From positions 512,001-576,000 of the forward strand of contig BK006947.3 in the NCBI GenBank assembly GCA_000146045.2: 64,000 nt of DNA. Direction: 5' to 3'. This DNA comes from TPA_inf: Saccharomyces (Eukaryota). The position numbers and the translations under genes were made by a program. The notes beneath the pieces were generated by a model, which saw only the letters and a list, made by a program, of their open reading frames with translations, was not told the DNA's origin and made no database searches. Each line of letters starts with the position of its first letter. The stretch's first letter is position 1. Below are positions 45,920 through 56,521 of the stretch, piece by piece.

Positions 45920-47002
45920 TTACATGGTAGATAATTTGTTGATGATTTCATTCGTGAAGTCAGTAGTAGAAGAGGAACCACCAATATCTCTAGTGGTATG
46001 CTTACCTTCTGCGATCGTTTCATGAACTGCCTTTGAGATTCTAGTAGCATATTCATTCAAACCCAAATGGTTCAACATTAACGTGGAGGAAAGGATCATG
46101 GCAGTTGGGTTAGCCACATTTTGGCCTTTAATATCTAAACCAACATGTCTGGAACCTGGTTCGAAGACAGCATAGTCCCTGCCAAAGTTGGCACCTGCCA
46201 CCAATCCTGGACCACCGATCAAAGCAGCGCCAATGTTGCCTAAGATGGTACCGTACATTGAAGGGGTAACTAGGACATCAAATTGATGAGGTTTGGCCAC
46301 CGCCTGCATGGAGGCATTGTCGACAATGATGGACGATACGTCAATATCAGGATATTCTTTTTGGCCAATTTCAGTTATTATATTTCTGAACAGACCGTCA
46401 CCTAACTTCATGATATTTGCCTTATGCACAGCTGTGACAGACTTTCTGTTGTATTTCTTGGCGAAGTCAAAGGCAAATCTGGCGATCCTTTCTGTCTTAG
46501 GTCTAGTCATAACTTTCAAAGATTCCACTACACCAGGGACGGATTCATGTTCCAGGCCTGAGAACTCACCCTCCGTGTTTTCTCTAATGACAATCAAATC
46601 TATGTCTGGAATTCTAGTCTTGACACCCTTCAAGGATTTGAAAAGGGCCACATTGGCGTAGATATCTAGTTGTTTACGCAAAGCAACGTTTAGTGAACCG
46701 TGACCTGTTTGGTCAGCAGGAGTGTGCCATAGCCCCTTAAGACCAATCTTATTTCTCTTTAGAGACTCAACAGCTTCATAGACGCCTTCCTTATGATCTG
46801 TTTGCTTAATGTTTATAGTTTCCCAGTCGATCGGGATATTTTCAGCCTCAAAAATGGTTCTCACTGAATCAGTGATTTCTTTCCCAACACCGTCACCAGG
46901 TATCAAAGTGACGGTGAAACGACCGCCATACTTCTTGGGTAGGGTGCGTTCCGCCTGAGCGGCAGTGGCTAAAGTTCTCTTAGCAATTGTTCTGTTAAGC
47001 AT
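45920..47002 (-). CDS. IDH1: NAD+-dependent isocitrate dehydrogenase subunit 1 (360 aa)
   Basis: The isocitrate/isopropylmalate dehydrogenase fold is present (…NLYANVRP-like region, GSANIG). It has a mitochondrial presequence. Confidence 0.95.
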   Translation of the reverse strand: MLNRTIAKRTLATAAQAERTLPKKYGGRFTVTLIPGDGVGKEITDSVRTIFEAENIPIDWETINIKQTDHKEGVYEAVESLKRNKIGLKGLWHTPADQTGHGSLNVALRKQLDIYANVALFKSLKGVKTRIPDIDLIVIRENTEGEFSGLEHESVPGVVESLKVMTRPKTERIARFAFDFAKKYNRKSVTAVHKANIMKLGDGLFRNIITEIGQKEYPDIDVSSIIVDNASMQAVAKPHQFDVLVTPSMYGTILGNIGAALIGGPGLVAGANFGRDYAVFEPGSRHVGLDIKGQNVANPTAMILSSTLMLNHLGLNEYATRISKAVHETIAEGKHTTRDIGGSSSTTDFTNEIINKLSTM

Positions 47003-47456
47003 TTTTCTCTTACAATTATGGAGGAAAAGGGAGAAGAATGAGGATAGGGAGAATAATGAACCTTGATTGTTACCAGTAATATTAAGGTACTGTTGAAATA
47101 GATCTACGGTAGAGTAAAGAAATCAATCAATCAAGAATAAGCCAATGAAGCGGAAGAAAACAAGAAAAAAGACCTATGGAAAATATAGATAGTCCTATGT
47201 GCTCACCCACATAAAACACTTATATATATATTCAGTGTAGGCATGTATTGTACGGGGATATATATATGAGGGTCTTCCTTTAATCGCTAAATAACAATAC
47301 CGAGCTACCAAAAAAAATAAAAGAAGGTTTCTGCAATATGGTTGGTTGATGAGTGACCTATGACGCCCGATGCTCGGAGAAGGTGGTCAGGCACACGTGA
47401 TTCACCTAAACTCGGCGCCGAAAAAAATTTGATCAGCCGTACAGTGTGATTGTTAT

Positions 47457-47482
47457 CACGTGATAGTAACGTAAGTCACGTG
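47457..47482. promoter_or_regulatory. Two CACGTG E-boxes (47457-47462 and 47477-47482) in the IDH1/NCE103 divergent intergenic region; candidate Cbf1 or bHLH sites
   Basis: There are exact palindromic hexamers 20 bp apart. A palindromic TGACGTCA (CRE-like) lies at 47529-47536. Confidence 0.3.
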
Positions 47483-47677
47483 CTTTCTAACCATCACCCC
47501 GCACGAACGTTCGTTCCCGTTTCGATGTTGACGTCAGAATGAGCTAACTTGACGCCACTGAATTAATTCGCATTGTCACCATGACGCTTATCAAGCCGAA
47601 AAAATTACTAGTGATTCCTTCCTCCCCCTCTCTCGATGAGTAATTTTGAAATGAACAAGTAGGCTGACATAGAGTAC

Positions 47678-47685
47678 TATAAATA
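47678..47685 (+). promoter_or_regulatory. TATAAATA, a candidate TATA box about 130 bp upstream of the NCE103 ATG
   Basis: It is a consensus TATA element at a typical yeast distance from the start codon. Confidence 0.4.
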
Positions 47686-47813
47686 CTTAGGAAGTAATGA
47701 TTCTCGAGGATAGGTAAGAGCTGTCCTCTTCTAATTCTTGTTCGTTTTCTTCTGAAAACCCCAACCACATCAACTACAGCTAAGACTACAAATTTCAATT
47801 ATTACACATCAGA

Positions 47814-48479
47814 ATGAGCGCTACCGAATCTTCATCTATATTCACATTGAGTCACAACTCAAACCTACAAGATATCTTGGCCGCCAATGCCAAATGGGCC
47901 TCCCAGATGAACAACATACAGCCAACTTTGTTCCCAGATCACAATGCGAAGGGCCAGTCCCCTCACACTCTTTTCATCGGCTGCTCCGATTCGCGTTACA
48001 ACGAAAACTGTTTAGGTGTCTTGCCCGGCGAAGTGTTCACTTGGAAAAATGTTGCTAACATATGTCACTCAGAGGATTTAACTTTGAAGGCCACTTTAGA
48101 GTTTGCCATTATTTGTCTAAAAGTTAACAAAGTTATTATTTGTGGCCACACTGATTGTGGTGGTATAAAGACATGTTTAACTAACCAAAGGGAAGCCTTA
48201 CCAAAAGTTAACTGTTCTCATCTGTACAAGTACTTAGACGATATTGACACCATGTACCATGAAGAGTCACAAAATTTGATCCATTTGAAAACGCAACGTG
48301 AAAAATCTCATTACCTGTCGCACTGTAACGTCAAAAGGCAGTTTAATAGGATTATTGAAAACCCTACTGTGCAAACTGCTGTACAAAATGGAGAATTACA
48401 GGTATACGGTCTGCTTTACAACGTAGAGGACGGTCTACTGCAAACAGTTAGCACTTACACAAAAGTTACCCCAAAATAG
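47814..48479 (+). CDS. NCE103: Beta-class carbonic anhydrase (221 aa)
   Basis: The beta-CA zinc ligand motifs (CSDSR ... HTDCGG) are present. Confidence 0.95.
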   Translation: MSATESSSIFTLSHNSNLQDILAANAKWASQMNNIQPTLFPDHNAKGQSPHTLFIGCSDSRYNENCLGVLPGEVFTWKNVANICHSEDLTLKATLEFAIICLKVNKVIICGHTDCGGIKTCLTNQREALPKVNCSHLYKYLDDIDTMYHEESQNLIHLKTQREKSHYLSHCNVKRQFNRIIENPTVQTAVQNGELQVYGLLYNVEDGLLQTVSTYTKVTPK

Positions 48480-48692
48480 TTTTAGCCTCACCGATATACT
48501 TATATAATATTCATTGAAATAGAAAGACATTTACAAAGTAGACGGGGATATTTAGCCCCACTCATATAAATTATGCATTATAACTTTTATAAAAAAAAAG
48601 AAATCACACTTAAATAAATGTCTTAATTGCACATTCCATGTTCAGATATACACTATCTTACCTTTTGAATAGGAATGATGGAAAAAAAATTA

Positions 48693-48765
48693 TGCTTCCA
48701 ATCGGATTTGAACCGATGATCTCCACATTACTAGTGTGGCGCCTTACCAACTTGGCCATAGAAGC
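48693..48765 (-). tRNA. tT(AGU): tRNA-Thr(AGU)
   Basis: The reverse complement is GCTTCTATGGCCAAGTTGGTAAGGCGCCACACTAGTAATGTGGAGATCATCGGTTCAAATCCGATTGGAAGCA. A T-run terminator is at 48683-48691 on the minus strand. Confidence 0.95.
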
Positions 48766-48959
48766 CCGTTATTACGGTCTGTGATCCAGCAAATGTCAGA
48801 TATAACGAATTGAAGTTGCTTTTCCCATCAATGTTTGTCAAGTTGAAACGCTGTAGCACACACTAAGCATTAACGACTATATTACAAGTAAAGCATCAAA
48901 TGATTACTTAAAAGAGTAATCGCAAACTATATTGAAGTTGGCAAAGGCACATGATCCAA

Positions 48960-50032
48960 ATGGTAACGATAACAACATATATGAAAAGTAGTGTTCTAGG
49001 AAACTTCGATAGGGGAGAAAGTACGTAAAAAAAATAATTTTGAGTTGGATTCGAAGTTCCATTAATATCTTGGATAATTAAGTTTGCTGCGTGAGAGACA
49101 GGCAGATTCGGCTTCACAGGAATAAACTCCTATAATTTAAAGGAACTTGTTAGTGTTAGCACTATAAGTAAGAAAAAGTAAATTCTGGCAGTGTTGCTTT
49201 TAATCGCAATAATATTTGATTTACATTCAAACAGTTTCATATACCTCTTTGATAGAACATATTTGCATATGTGTTTATTTGTTTTTTATTTTTTTTTGAT
49301 TACTTCTTTTCAAAAACTAAATGTGAACAAAGAAGAAAAAGGAGTATAAAAGAATAAATAATAGCGGTATTACGTGTGTTGGAAAAAGAATCATAGATCG
49401 TCAATGGACTAGTATTTGTATTACCAGTATTATTATAATATGGATCGTAAGAAGATAACATAAAACATAGAAACAGTTGTCAAATCCTTGCACAATTCTA
49501 ACATTCATTATCCTATTACATTATCAATCCTTGCATTTCAACTTTCCATCAAATTTAATGATTTGTTTTCAATCTTTATGTCTTCTTTTTACATCGCATA
49601 TGATACTGTTGGAACGAGAGTAATTAATAGTAACATGAGTTGCTATGGTAACAATCTAATGCTTACATCGTATATTAATGTACAACTCGTATACGTTTAA
49701 GTGTGATTGCGCCTATTGCAGAAGGAATGTTAAACGAGAAGCTCAGACAATACTGAAGCTGTGTTAAAGATCTATTAGTTGAACATGATATGGTAGGTAC
49801 ATATATGAGGAATATGAGTCGTCACATCAATGTATAGTAACTACCGGAATCACTATTATATTGGTCATGATTAATATGACCAATCGGCGTGTGTTTTATA
49901 TACCTCTCTTATTTAGTATAAGAAGATCAGTACTCACTTCTTCATTAATACTAATTTTTAACCTCTAATTATCAACAGATACCATGCTAGTATTACAAAT
50001 AATACTAAACAGATGATGTTAGAGTTTCATTC
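48960..50032. repeat. Mosaic of degenerate solo-LTR fragments between tRNA-Thr and the Ty2: an unclassified fragment (~48960-49110), a degenerate delta (~49490-49650, minus orientation) and another LTR-like end (~49780-49980)
   Basis: The 49505-49640 fragment aligns with the delta internal region (CATT.ATCCTATTACATTATCAATCCTTGC.TTTCA.CTTCCA...). The reverse complement of 49780-49980 begins TGTTGATAATTAGAGG. The 48990-49075 core recurs at 13243-13330. Confidence 0.4.
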
Positions 50033-50386
50033 TGAAAAGAATGTGGATTTTGATGTAATTGTTGGGATTCCATTTTTTATAAGGCAATAATATTAGGTAT
50101 GTAGATATACTAGAAGTTCTCCTCGAGGATTTAGGAATCCATAAAAGGGAATCTGCAATTCTATACAATTCTATAAATATTATTATCATCATTTTATATG
50201 TTAATATTCATTGATCCTATTACATTATCAATCCTTGCGTTTCAGCTTCCACTAATTTAGATGACTATTTCTCATCATTTGCGTCATCTTCTAACACCGT
50301 ATATGATAATATACTAGTAACGTAAATACTAGTTAGTAGATGATAGTTGATTTTTATTCCAACATACCACCCATAATGTAATAGAT

Positions 50387-53300
50387 CTAATGAATCCATT
50401 TGTTAGTTAATAGTTTAAATGTTTTTATCGGAAGAGGTTTTGTCATCACATCAGCAATGTTCTTCTTGGTCTCGATGTAGTATACGTATAAATTATTACC
50501 TGATACTTCATCTCTAAGTCTCATTGCCTTTGTGCCAAAAAATCTGTTTCTAAATTTCTCTTCATTTGTAGACTTAATTATACTGATCGTTGATCTACTA
50601 TCAGTAAGTAAGCCTTTAATAATTGGTTTCTTGTTAAGTTCTTGCACAAGGTGACTGAGGTTATTCAATAGCGGAATAGCTTCACTGACTGCGTGTATTT
50701 CTGCTTCTGTAGTTGAAGTGCATGTTAACGAAGCCTTTGTCGACTTTCCTCCAATCACTTTTCCGTTGAGTAGGAAAATGTTACCAATTTGTGACTTGTA
50801 ATATGGTTGGTTACCATATGAAGCATCGCTTATTGCGACTAGTTTATTATCTGGCTTGGTAGGTTTGTTTTTGTGCCATATTAATTGTTTATCTCTAGTG
50901 TCCCACATGAATTGTATTAACTCATATGTCATGTCTAAAACTTGCCTAGAGGGGAATAGTATATGTTGAGCAAGTGTGTTGATGTAGTATAGTAAGTCAA
51001 ATCTAAATTTATATCCAACATATGAAGCTAGACCAATCAACTTTTGCATTTCATGTACTTTCTCTTTGTATTCATCTTCATCTATTTCTAGTTCATCCTG
51101 GTCTATATAATGACCTGGTTGACCTGGAGCTCTAAGTTTCTTTCCTTTTGGGTTCAAAGGTACGTTTAGTTTGGGTAATTTTTCTGTCAAGGATTTTTCC
51201 ATACCTAATTTCATGTACTTGCTTCTTTGATATTTGATCTCTAATCCAAGTATGTCGTACTGAATGTCGTTATCACTTTCACCCAGATTTATTATCTTTG
51301 TATCGTATTGTTTCTTGAGTGTTGTTATGATTTTCTTATTTGCATTTAAGTCTTTGCTGAATAATATCATATCATCAACGAATAAGCAAATTGTTACTTG
51401 ACTATTTTTAAATACGCATGACCATCCGCGAACTTCTTGCATGTCGCAACAATTTATTAAATATGATTTAATGGTTTCATACCAGTTTGCACCACTTTGT
51501 TTCAAACCATAGAGTGATTTTCTCAAACGTAGTAATTTATCATTCAAACCTAAATGTGGTGGAGGTCTTATGTATAATTCTTCTTTGATATCAGCATATA
51601 AGTAAGCAGAGGATATGTCCAGCTGTGTGATATAATAGTCGTTGTCTAATGCGATTGACAGTGACGTCATCAGTGCATAGTGATGTACGGTATTGGATTG
51701 CATATCAGAATCATATGTATCGGGGTGTTGAATGTCGCCTCTTGCAACAAATCTAGCTTTGTGTGTACCATCACGTTTCTTGTTAAATATAAACATTGAG
51801 TTTATTACTTTTTTAGGATCTATGTCATTTCTATCATAATATTTGTTTGTATCCCAAGTGTTCATTTTCAATAGTTGGCTAATTTCTTTATGATAAGCTT
51901 CAACATATCTGTCTTTTTCTTTGTTGTCTTTATTATAAGTAATTGCTTCATCATATCTTAAGGTCGTTCGAACTGGTTTGATCGATTTCACTCCTTTTAT
52001 TGCTGCAATTAAATTTATGCGTTTCTTCGATCTTGGTGGTTCCAGACTTCTCATATTCTTATTATTCCATGTGTCTCGGGATACCTCAATTTCAGTTTCA
52101 TTATCTTCTAATGATCTTTTCTTACTTTTGGTAGTAGTCAGAACATTAGAATCATCCATACCACCCAAACTGGAATTAGTCTGACGAGAGTGTATGTGTG
52201 GAATATCTTTTGAAACATCAGAAGTGTCCGTAGGAGATTGATGGGTTAAGTCAGGAAGTGGGAGGTCGTCAAGAATAGAATCAGCCGTAACATTTTTTGA
52301 GGATTTGTCAGGCATTATATTAGGAGTCGCATGGTCAGAAGATCGATATTCTGGCGGATCCGTATCAATGGAGGGTGTATTATCACATACAGCCTTTGTT
52401 TCTATGGAGATGATGGGAGTAGTGGATTCACTGTTGGACGAACGGTCATCTATTGAGGGCGTACTATTTGTAGTCCTGTATTTGATATTTGTATCACTAT
52501 TTCGTTGAATATATGGTTCCTCCGTACCACCCAAACGTGTAGTTTTGATGTTTTCAAGTCCATAATTAACTCTATCCTGTGAGGTCAAATCAATCATATC
52601 ATTGGGACTACCAGGTCGCTTTTGGTTTCGTGCAGTGAAGGTAGACGAGTGTCTAGGTGAAGTAGTATCTGATTCAACGGTACCAACCATTTCGGTACTC
52701 TCTTTATTAATGATATGGGGTGTACGAGATCGTATAGTAGATGGAAGAATATTGTATTCAGATATGTCGGCATCAACTTCTTTTGGTGCACGTACTTTTT
52801 GGACTGGTTCCTTGTCTAATTGTAAAGGGTTTATTGATTGGGACGAGAAGTCGTTCACTAGAGGATCAGAGTTTATTTCAATCTCCGATTGATAGTCATG
52901 ATCAGATTCTGTATTTTGATCATATGACTGCTCCGTTTCATTTTGTTCAATAAAAGATTGGTTATGGGCTGTTAAACGATTGAGATCATCATCAAAAGTG
53001 AGTGTATCGTAGTCGAACTGGTCCAATTTCGTTTGCTTGTTTTGTAATATAACGTAATTGGTAGTATCTACTGTCTTTTTTAATGATGGAAGATAGATAA
53101 TATAGCCATAAGAGTTTCGTGACGGATGTAAGGCGTAACCTGGAATGCCACGAGGATGTATTTTCGAGTCGGGATTATGGTTGTTAACTATAACCGGTTG
53201 ACCGAAAGGTAGTATAGTAGTAATGTCCAGTCCAGCTAAACCTGCATGTTGTCTTGCGGATTTATCGTTTTTTGGTGAGACTAATGAATTTCTGATTATA

Positions 53301-54427
53301 GTAGAAAATTCGACTGCTGAGAACCATAGATGATTTGGTAGACCACTGCAATGAAGCAGTGTGCGACAATCGTTTAATAAAGTACGATTTAATCGTTCAG
53401 CGACACCGTGTGCTCTAGAATCTGCCGTGGTTGTATAGCATGCAGTAATACCTCTGTTCGTAAAGAACTTATGAAGAGTTTTGTTAGTGTACTCGGAGCC
53501 ACGATCCATCTGGATAACTAGAACGCGAGCATTGAATTGGTTCTTAATAAATGCTAATATCGATGTAAAAACATTGAGGATAGATTCTTCACGACGGTCG
53601 TGTAATGGGTACACCCATTGGAATCTGGTTTTCTCATCTGTAAACGATATAAAGTAAGAAGGTGCACTTTTCGGTAAGTGATGTACAGGACCAAATATAT
53701 CGGTATGCAAGTACTGAAAAGGCTCATATGATTCTTGGTACTTTAGTCGTGATCCTTTGACATGTCTATGTTTCGTGCTTTTGCCGATTAGACAGTCAGG
53801 ACATTGATATGTGCTAGCGTTAGACCATTCAATATCCGATTCCTTCAAATATGTAACTGCATTCTTCTTAAGAGACTTCTGAATACTTCGGAAGTTAGCA
53901 TGTCCAAGCATTCGATGTATTAACGGATATGGATATTTATTTACGCTTTTGCTTTTGTTGACGTTGTTTATTGTTAGCTTTGAAATGTGCGAAGGAATTA
54001 GGTATTTTTTAGATAACCAGTAAAAGTCTCCATGTTTGACTATGGGAGCTAGTACTGTACCATCCGATCTTTCTAAAGTGTTTCTGGTAAAGCAGGCAGT
54101 AATATTTTGATTAGCCAGCTCACTCAAACTTAATAGATCATAGGCTATGTTTGGTGTGTGTAGTGCTTTTATTGATGTTTTGGTGCCGTTCTGAAAGTTG
54201 AAGTGAAGATTACCAATGGCATTTATAGGAATGTCTTGTTTTTGAGCATCGACTATGTTTATTTCAGAATTGGGTGTTGCATGGTGTAAATAATGGGCTG
54301 ATCTGACAAGCGTTTGCGAAGCTCCTGAATCAATAAGAAGGTGATCAGGTAGTTCGTCATTCGAGTCTACTGTGTGTGTTGGCTTAGATTCTTTCTGTTG
54401 CTGGCCTAAGACTAAGTTCGTTGTCAT
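50387..54427 (-). CDS. TYB: Ty2 TYB (Pol: protease, integrase, RT/RNase H) reading frame, expressed as a Gag-Pol fusion by +1 frameshifting
   Basis: The ORF is open for 1,346 codons and overlaps the Gag 3' end by 44 nt. Its C-terminal ~560 aa are near-identical to the Ty1 Pol at 11050-12706. Confidence 0.85.
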   Translation of the reverse strand: MTTNLVLGQQQKESKPTHTVDSNDELPDHLLIDSGASQTLVRSAHYLHHATPNSEINIVDAQKQDIPINAIGNLHFNFQNGTKTSIKALHTPNIAYDLLSLSELANQNITACFTRNTLERSDGTVLAPIVKHGDFYWLSKKYLIPSHISKLTINNVNKSKSVNKYPYPLIHRMLGHANFRSIQKSLKKNAVTYLKESDIEWSNASTYQCPDCLIGKSTKHRHVKGSRLKYQESYEPFQYLHTDIFGPVHHLPKSAPSYFISFTDEKTRFQWVYPLHDRREESILNVFTSILAFIKNQFNARVLVIQMDRGSEYTNKTLHKFFTNRGITACYTTTADSRAHGVAERLNRTLLNDCRTLLHCSGLPNHLWFSAVEFSTIIRNSLVSPKNDKSARQHAGLAGLDITTILPFGQPVIVNNHNPDSKIHPRGIPGYALHPSRNSYGYIIYLPSLKKTVDTTNYVILQNKQTKLDQFDYDTLTFDDDLNRLTAHNQSFIEQNETEQSYDQNTESDHDYQSEIEINSDPLVNDFSSQSINPLQLDKEPVQKVRAPKEVDADISEYNILPSTIRSRTPHIINKESTEMVGTVESDTTSPRHSSTFTARNQKRPGSPNDMIDLTSQDRVNYGLENIKTTRLGGTEEPYIQRNSDTNIKYRTTNSTPSIDDRSSNSESTTPIISIETKAVCDNTPSIDTDPPEYRSSDHATPNIMPDKSSKNVTADSILDDLPLPDLTHQSPTDTSDVSKDIPHIHSRQTNSSLGGMDDSNVLTTTKSKKRSLEDNETEIEVSRDTWNNKNMRSLEPPRSKKRINLIAAIKGVKSIKPVRTTLRYDEAITYNKDNKEKDRYVEAYHKEISQLLKMNTWDTNKYYDRNDIDPKKVINSMFIFNKKRDGTHKARFVARGDIQHPDTYDSDMQSNTVHHYALMTSLSIALDNDYYITQLDISSAYLYADIKEELYIRPPPHLGLNDKLLRLRKSLYGLKQSGANWYETIKSYLINCCDMQEVRGWSCVFKNSQVTICLFVDDMILFSKDLNANKKIITTLKKQYDTKIINLGESDNDIQYDILGLEIKYQRSKYMKLGMEKSLTEKLPKLNVPLNPKGKKLRAPGQPGHYIDQDELEIDEDEYKEKVHEMQKLIGLASYVGYKFRFDLLYYINTLAQHILFPSRQVLDMTYELIQFMWDTRDKQLIWHKNKPTKPDNKLVAISDASYGNQPYYKSQIGNIFLLNGKVIGGKSTKASLTCTSTTEAEIHAVSEAIPLLNNLSHLVQELNKKPIIKGLLTDSRSTISIIKSTNEEKFRNRFFGTKAMRLRDEVSGNNLYVYYIETKKNIADVMTKPLPIKTFKLLTNKWIH

Positions 54428-55701
54428 CGCTTAAGTATTGTGATGAAACGGTTGATTCATTAATGTGATCATTGTTCACCCTTGAGAATTTACTAGATGT
54501 AGCAATATTGTGAGCTTTTGCTGCTCTTGGTTTTGAACTATTTGTTCTCTGATAATTACGAGTTGTAACCTTTGTGTTAGTCGTGTTTGGAGATGTGCGA
54601 GAAACATTTTTGTATTCGCTGTGTTGTTTGTATTGGGACGGTTTATTTAGATTCATGATTTTATTTTCGTCATATATTAACTGAATTTCAGCGAATAATT
54701 GGGAAAGTTTCATGTTCGTTTTGGTACGATATTGATTACGTAGGTATTTGAAGTCACCGGATAGACCTTTAAGTATTAGTTGACAGGCCAATCTGTCGCT
54801 AACATTGATATTGTTTTCTTTTAGCCTCTGAATGATCGTACTGACTGTAATTTCAAATGTATCAGCAGATGTACTTCCGTCGTACTCAAGGTTGGCAAGA
54901 GCTATCCAATCCTTTAATTCTTGATTGTTAGTTTGCATTTTGGACACACTTTTACAAAGGACTGTAAGGATGTCAGCATAATTAATTTCTAAAATTTGTT
55001 TTACCCATGTTGGCAATAAATGAAATGGGGCAAATGCTTGGAAGGTATTGTATATATACGCATGTTCTTCATAAGTCATTTGTCTTTTGATTTCACCCTG
55101 GTCATTTGGAATGATGTCACCGAGATTAGAGTTCTTCAAAAATCTGATGTAAAATTTAACCCATGTAGAAAAGTTTTCTTCTGATGTTAAAGTGTGTGGT
55201 GGTAAGACGTTATTTCCCACCTTTGTCTTAGCTTGAGGTATTTCAGAGTGTTGATTTTTTAAATCGATTGGATCAGGTGAGGAAGTACTCAGTGGTGGGA
55301 TATACCGTGGCAACGGATAGTGTGGGTCCGGTTGATAATACGCAGGTGACGTTTGATAATGTGAACACGTCATCATAGATGGTTGTTGGTAATGTGCCCA
55401 GTTAGAGGCCATAGCTTTGTTTGGGGTCATCATGCCGTGCTGTTGGTACTGTCCATTCTGTGGAGGTGGTACTGAAGCAGGTTGAGGAGAGACATGATGA
55501 TGGTTCTCTGGAACAGCTGATGTCCCAGGTGTTGTCTCTTGTTGAGAATTAACCTTAGTGGAATCTCTATCAAATTCCGGTAAATTGGAAGCTGAAACGG
55601 CTAACGGATCTTGATTTGATGGGACTTCCTTAGAAGTAACCGAAGCATAGGCGCTACCATGAAGAAAAATGTGGATTTTGATGTAATTGTTGGGATTCCA
55701 T
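54384..55701 (-). pseudogene. TYA: Ty2 TYA (Gag) whose conserved LTR ATG (reverse complement at 55699-55701) is put out of frame by a 1-nt insertion in the 5' LTR
   Basis: From the conserved ATG the frame reads [15 protein letters not shown] (TAG at 55654-55656). The Gag body, from ...[14 protein letters not shown] onward, is in a different frame. The 5' LTR end reads CCACATTTTTCTTCA, one nt longer than the same element's 3' LTR (CCACATTCTTTTCA). Confidence 0.6.
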
Positions 55702-56114
55702 TTTTTATAAGGCAATAATATTAGGTATGTAGATATACTAGAAGTTCTCCTCGAGGATTTAGGAATCCATAAAAGGGAATCTGCAATTCTATACAATTCT
55801 ATAAATATTATTATCATCATTTTATATGTTAATATTCATTGATCCTATTACATTATCAATCCTTGCGTTTCAGCTTCCACTAATTTAGATGACTATTTCT
55901 CATCATTTGCGTCATCTTCTAACACCGTATATGATAATATACTAGTAACGTAAATACTAGTTAGTAGATGATAGTTGATTTTTATTCCAACACATTCCAA
56001 TACCACTGATAAGTACATTCTGCATGTCTATTTATAAAACCTTCTTTAAGACAAATATGCTATTTATCCTTTGATAACAATTTCCTGTGAGACAGAAATC
56101 ACCATAAAATAATC

Positions 56115-56217
56115 GGGCGTGTGGTCTAGTGGTATGATTCTCGCTTTGGGCGACTTCCTGCCTAAACAGGAAGACAAAGCATGCGAGAGGCCCTGGGTTC
56201 AATTCCCAGCTCGCCCC
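56115..56217 (+). tRNA. tP(UGG): tRNA-Pro(UGG), second copy, identical to 35094-35196 including the 31-nt intron (56151-56181)
   Basis: The 103-nt sequence is identical to the first copy, and a T-run follows. The 5' flank differs from copy 1 (no sigma; a Ty2 LTR lies 122 bp upstream). Confidence 0.95.
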
Positions 56218-56521
56218 TTTATATTTTTTCACCATCAACGTGGTGTTTCACTTATTCCTTTTCTAGTATTTTTTTTCCACCTTATAGAAGCGTGCACGTT
56301 TAATGCTGGAGATAAAAAAAAAAAATGCATTAATACTCTATATAGCAGAAATATAGTTGTTATAACATTGTACCAACAAAAGAAGCCCTATGAAGATAAA
56401 CTATGATCTAGAAGTATCAACTTGTTTGGAATGTATGCTTCGTTTTTTAAGTTATAGAGTAGTTCTGCCGAAATCTCTTGCAGATGTTAGGCATCTCTTT
56501 AGATGTATTGTCTTTATGAAA

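Larger units (their letters stand above)
50033..55992 (-). mobile_element. Full-length Ty2 LTR retrotransposon (5,960 bp) flanked by TSD CATTC (50028-50032 and 55993-55997); its 5' LTR faces tRNA-Pro 122 bp away
   Basis: The LTRs are at 50033-50364 and 55660-55992. The PBS GGCGCTACCA lies at 55650-55659 on the + strand. The Gag and Pol proteins match Ty2 (Gag ...[61 protein letters not shown]...). Confidence 0.9.
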
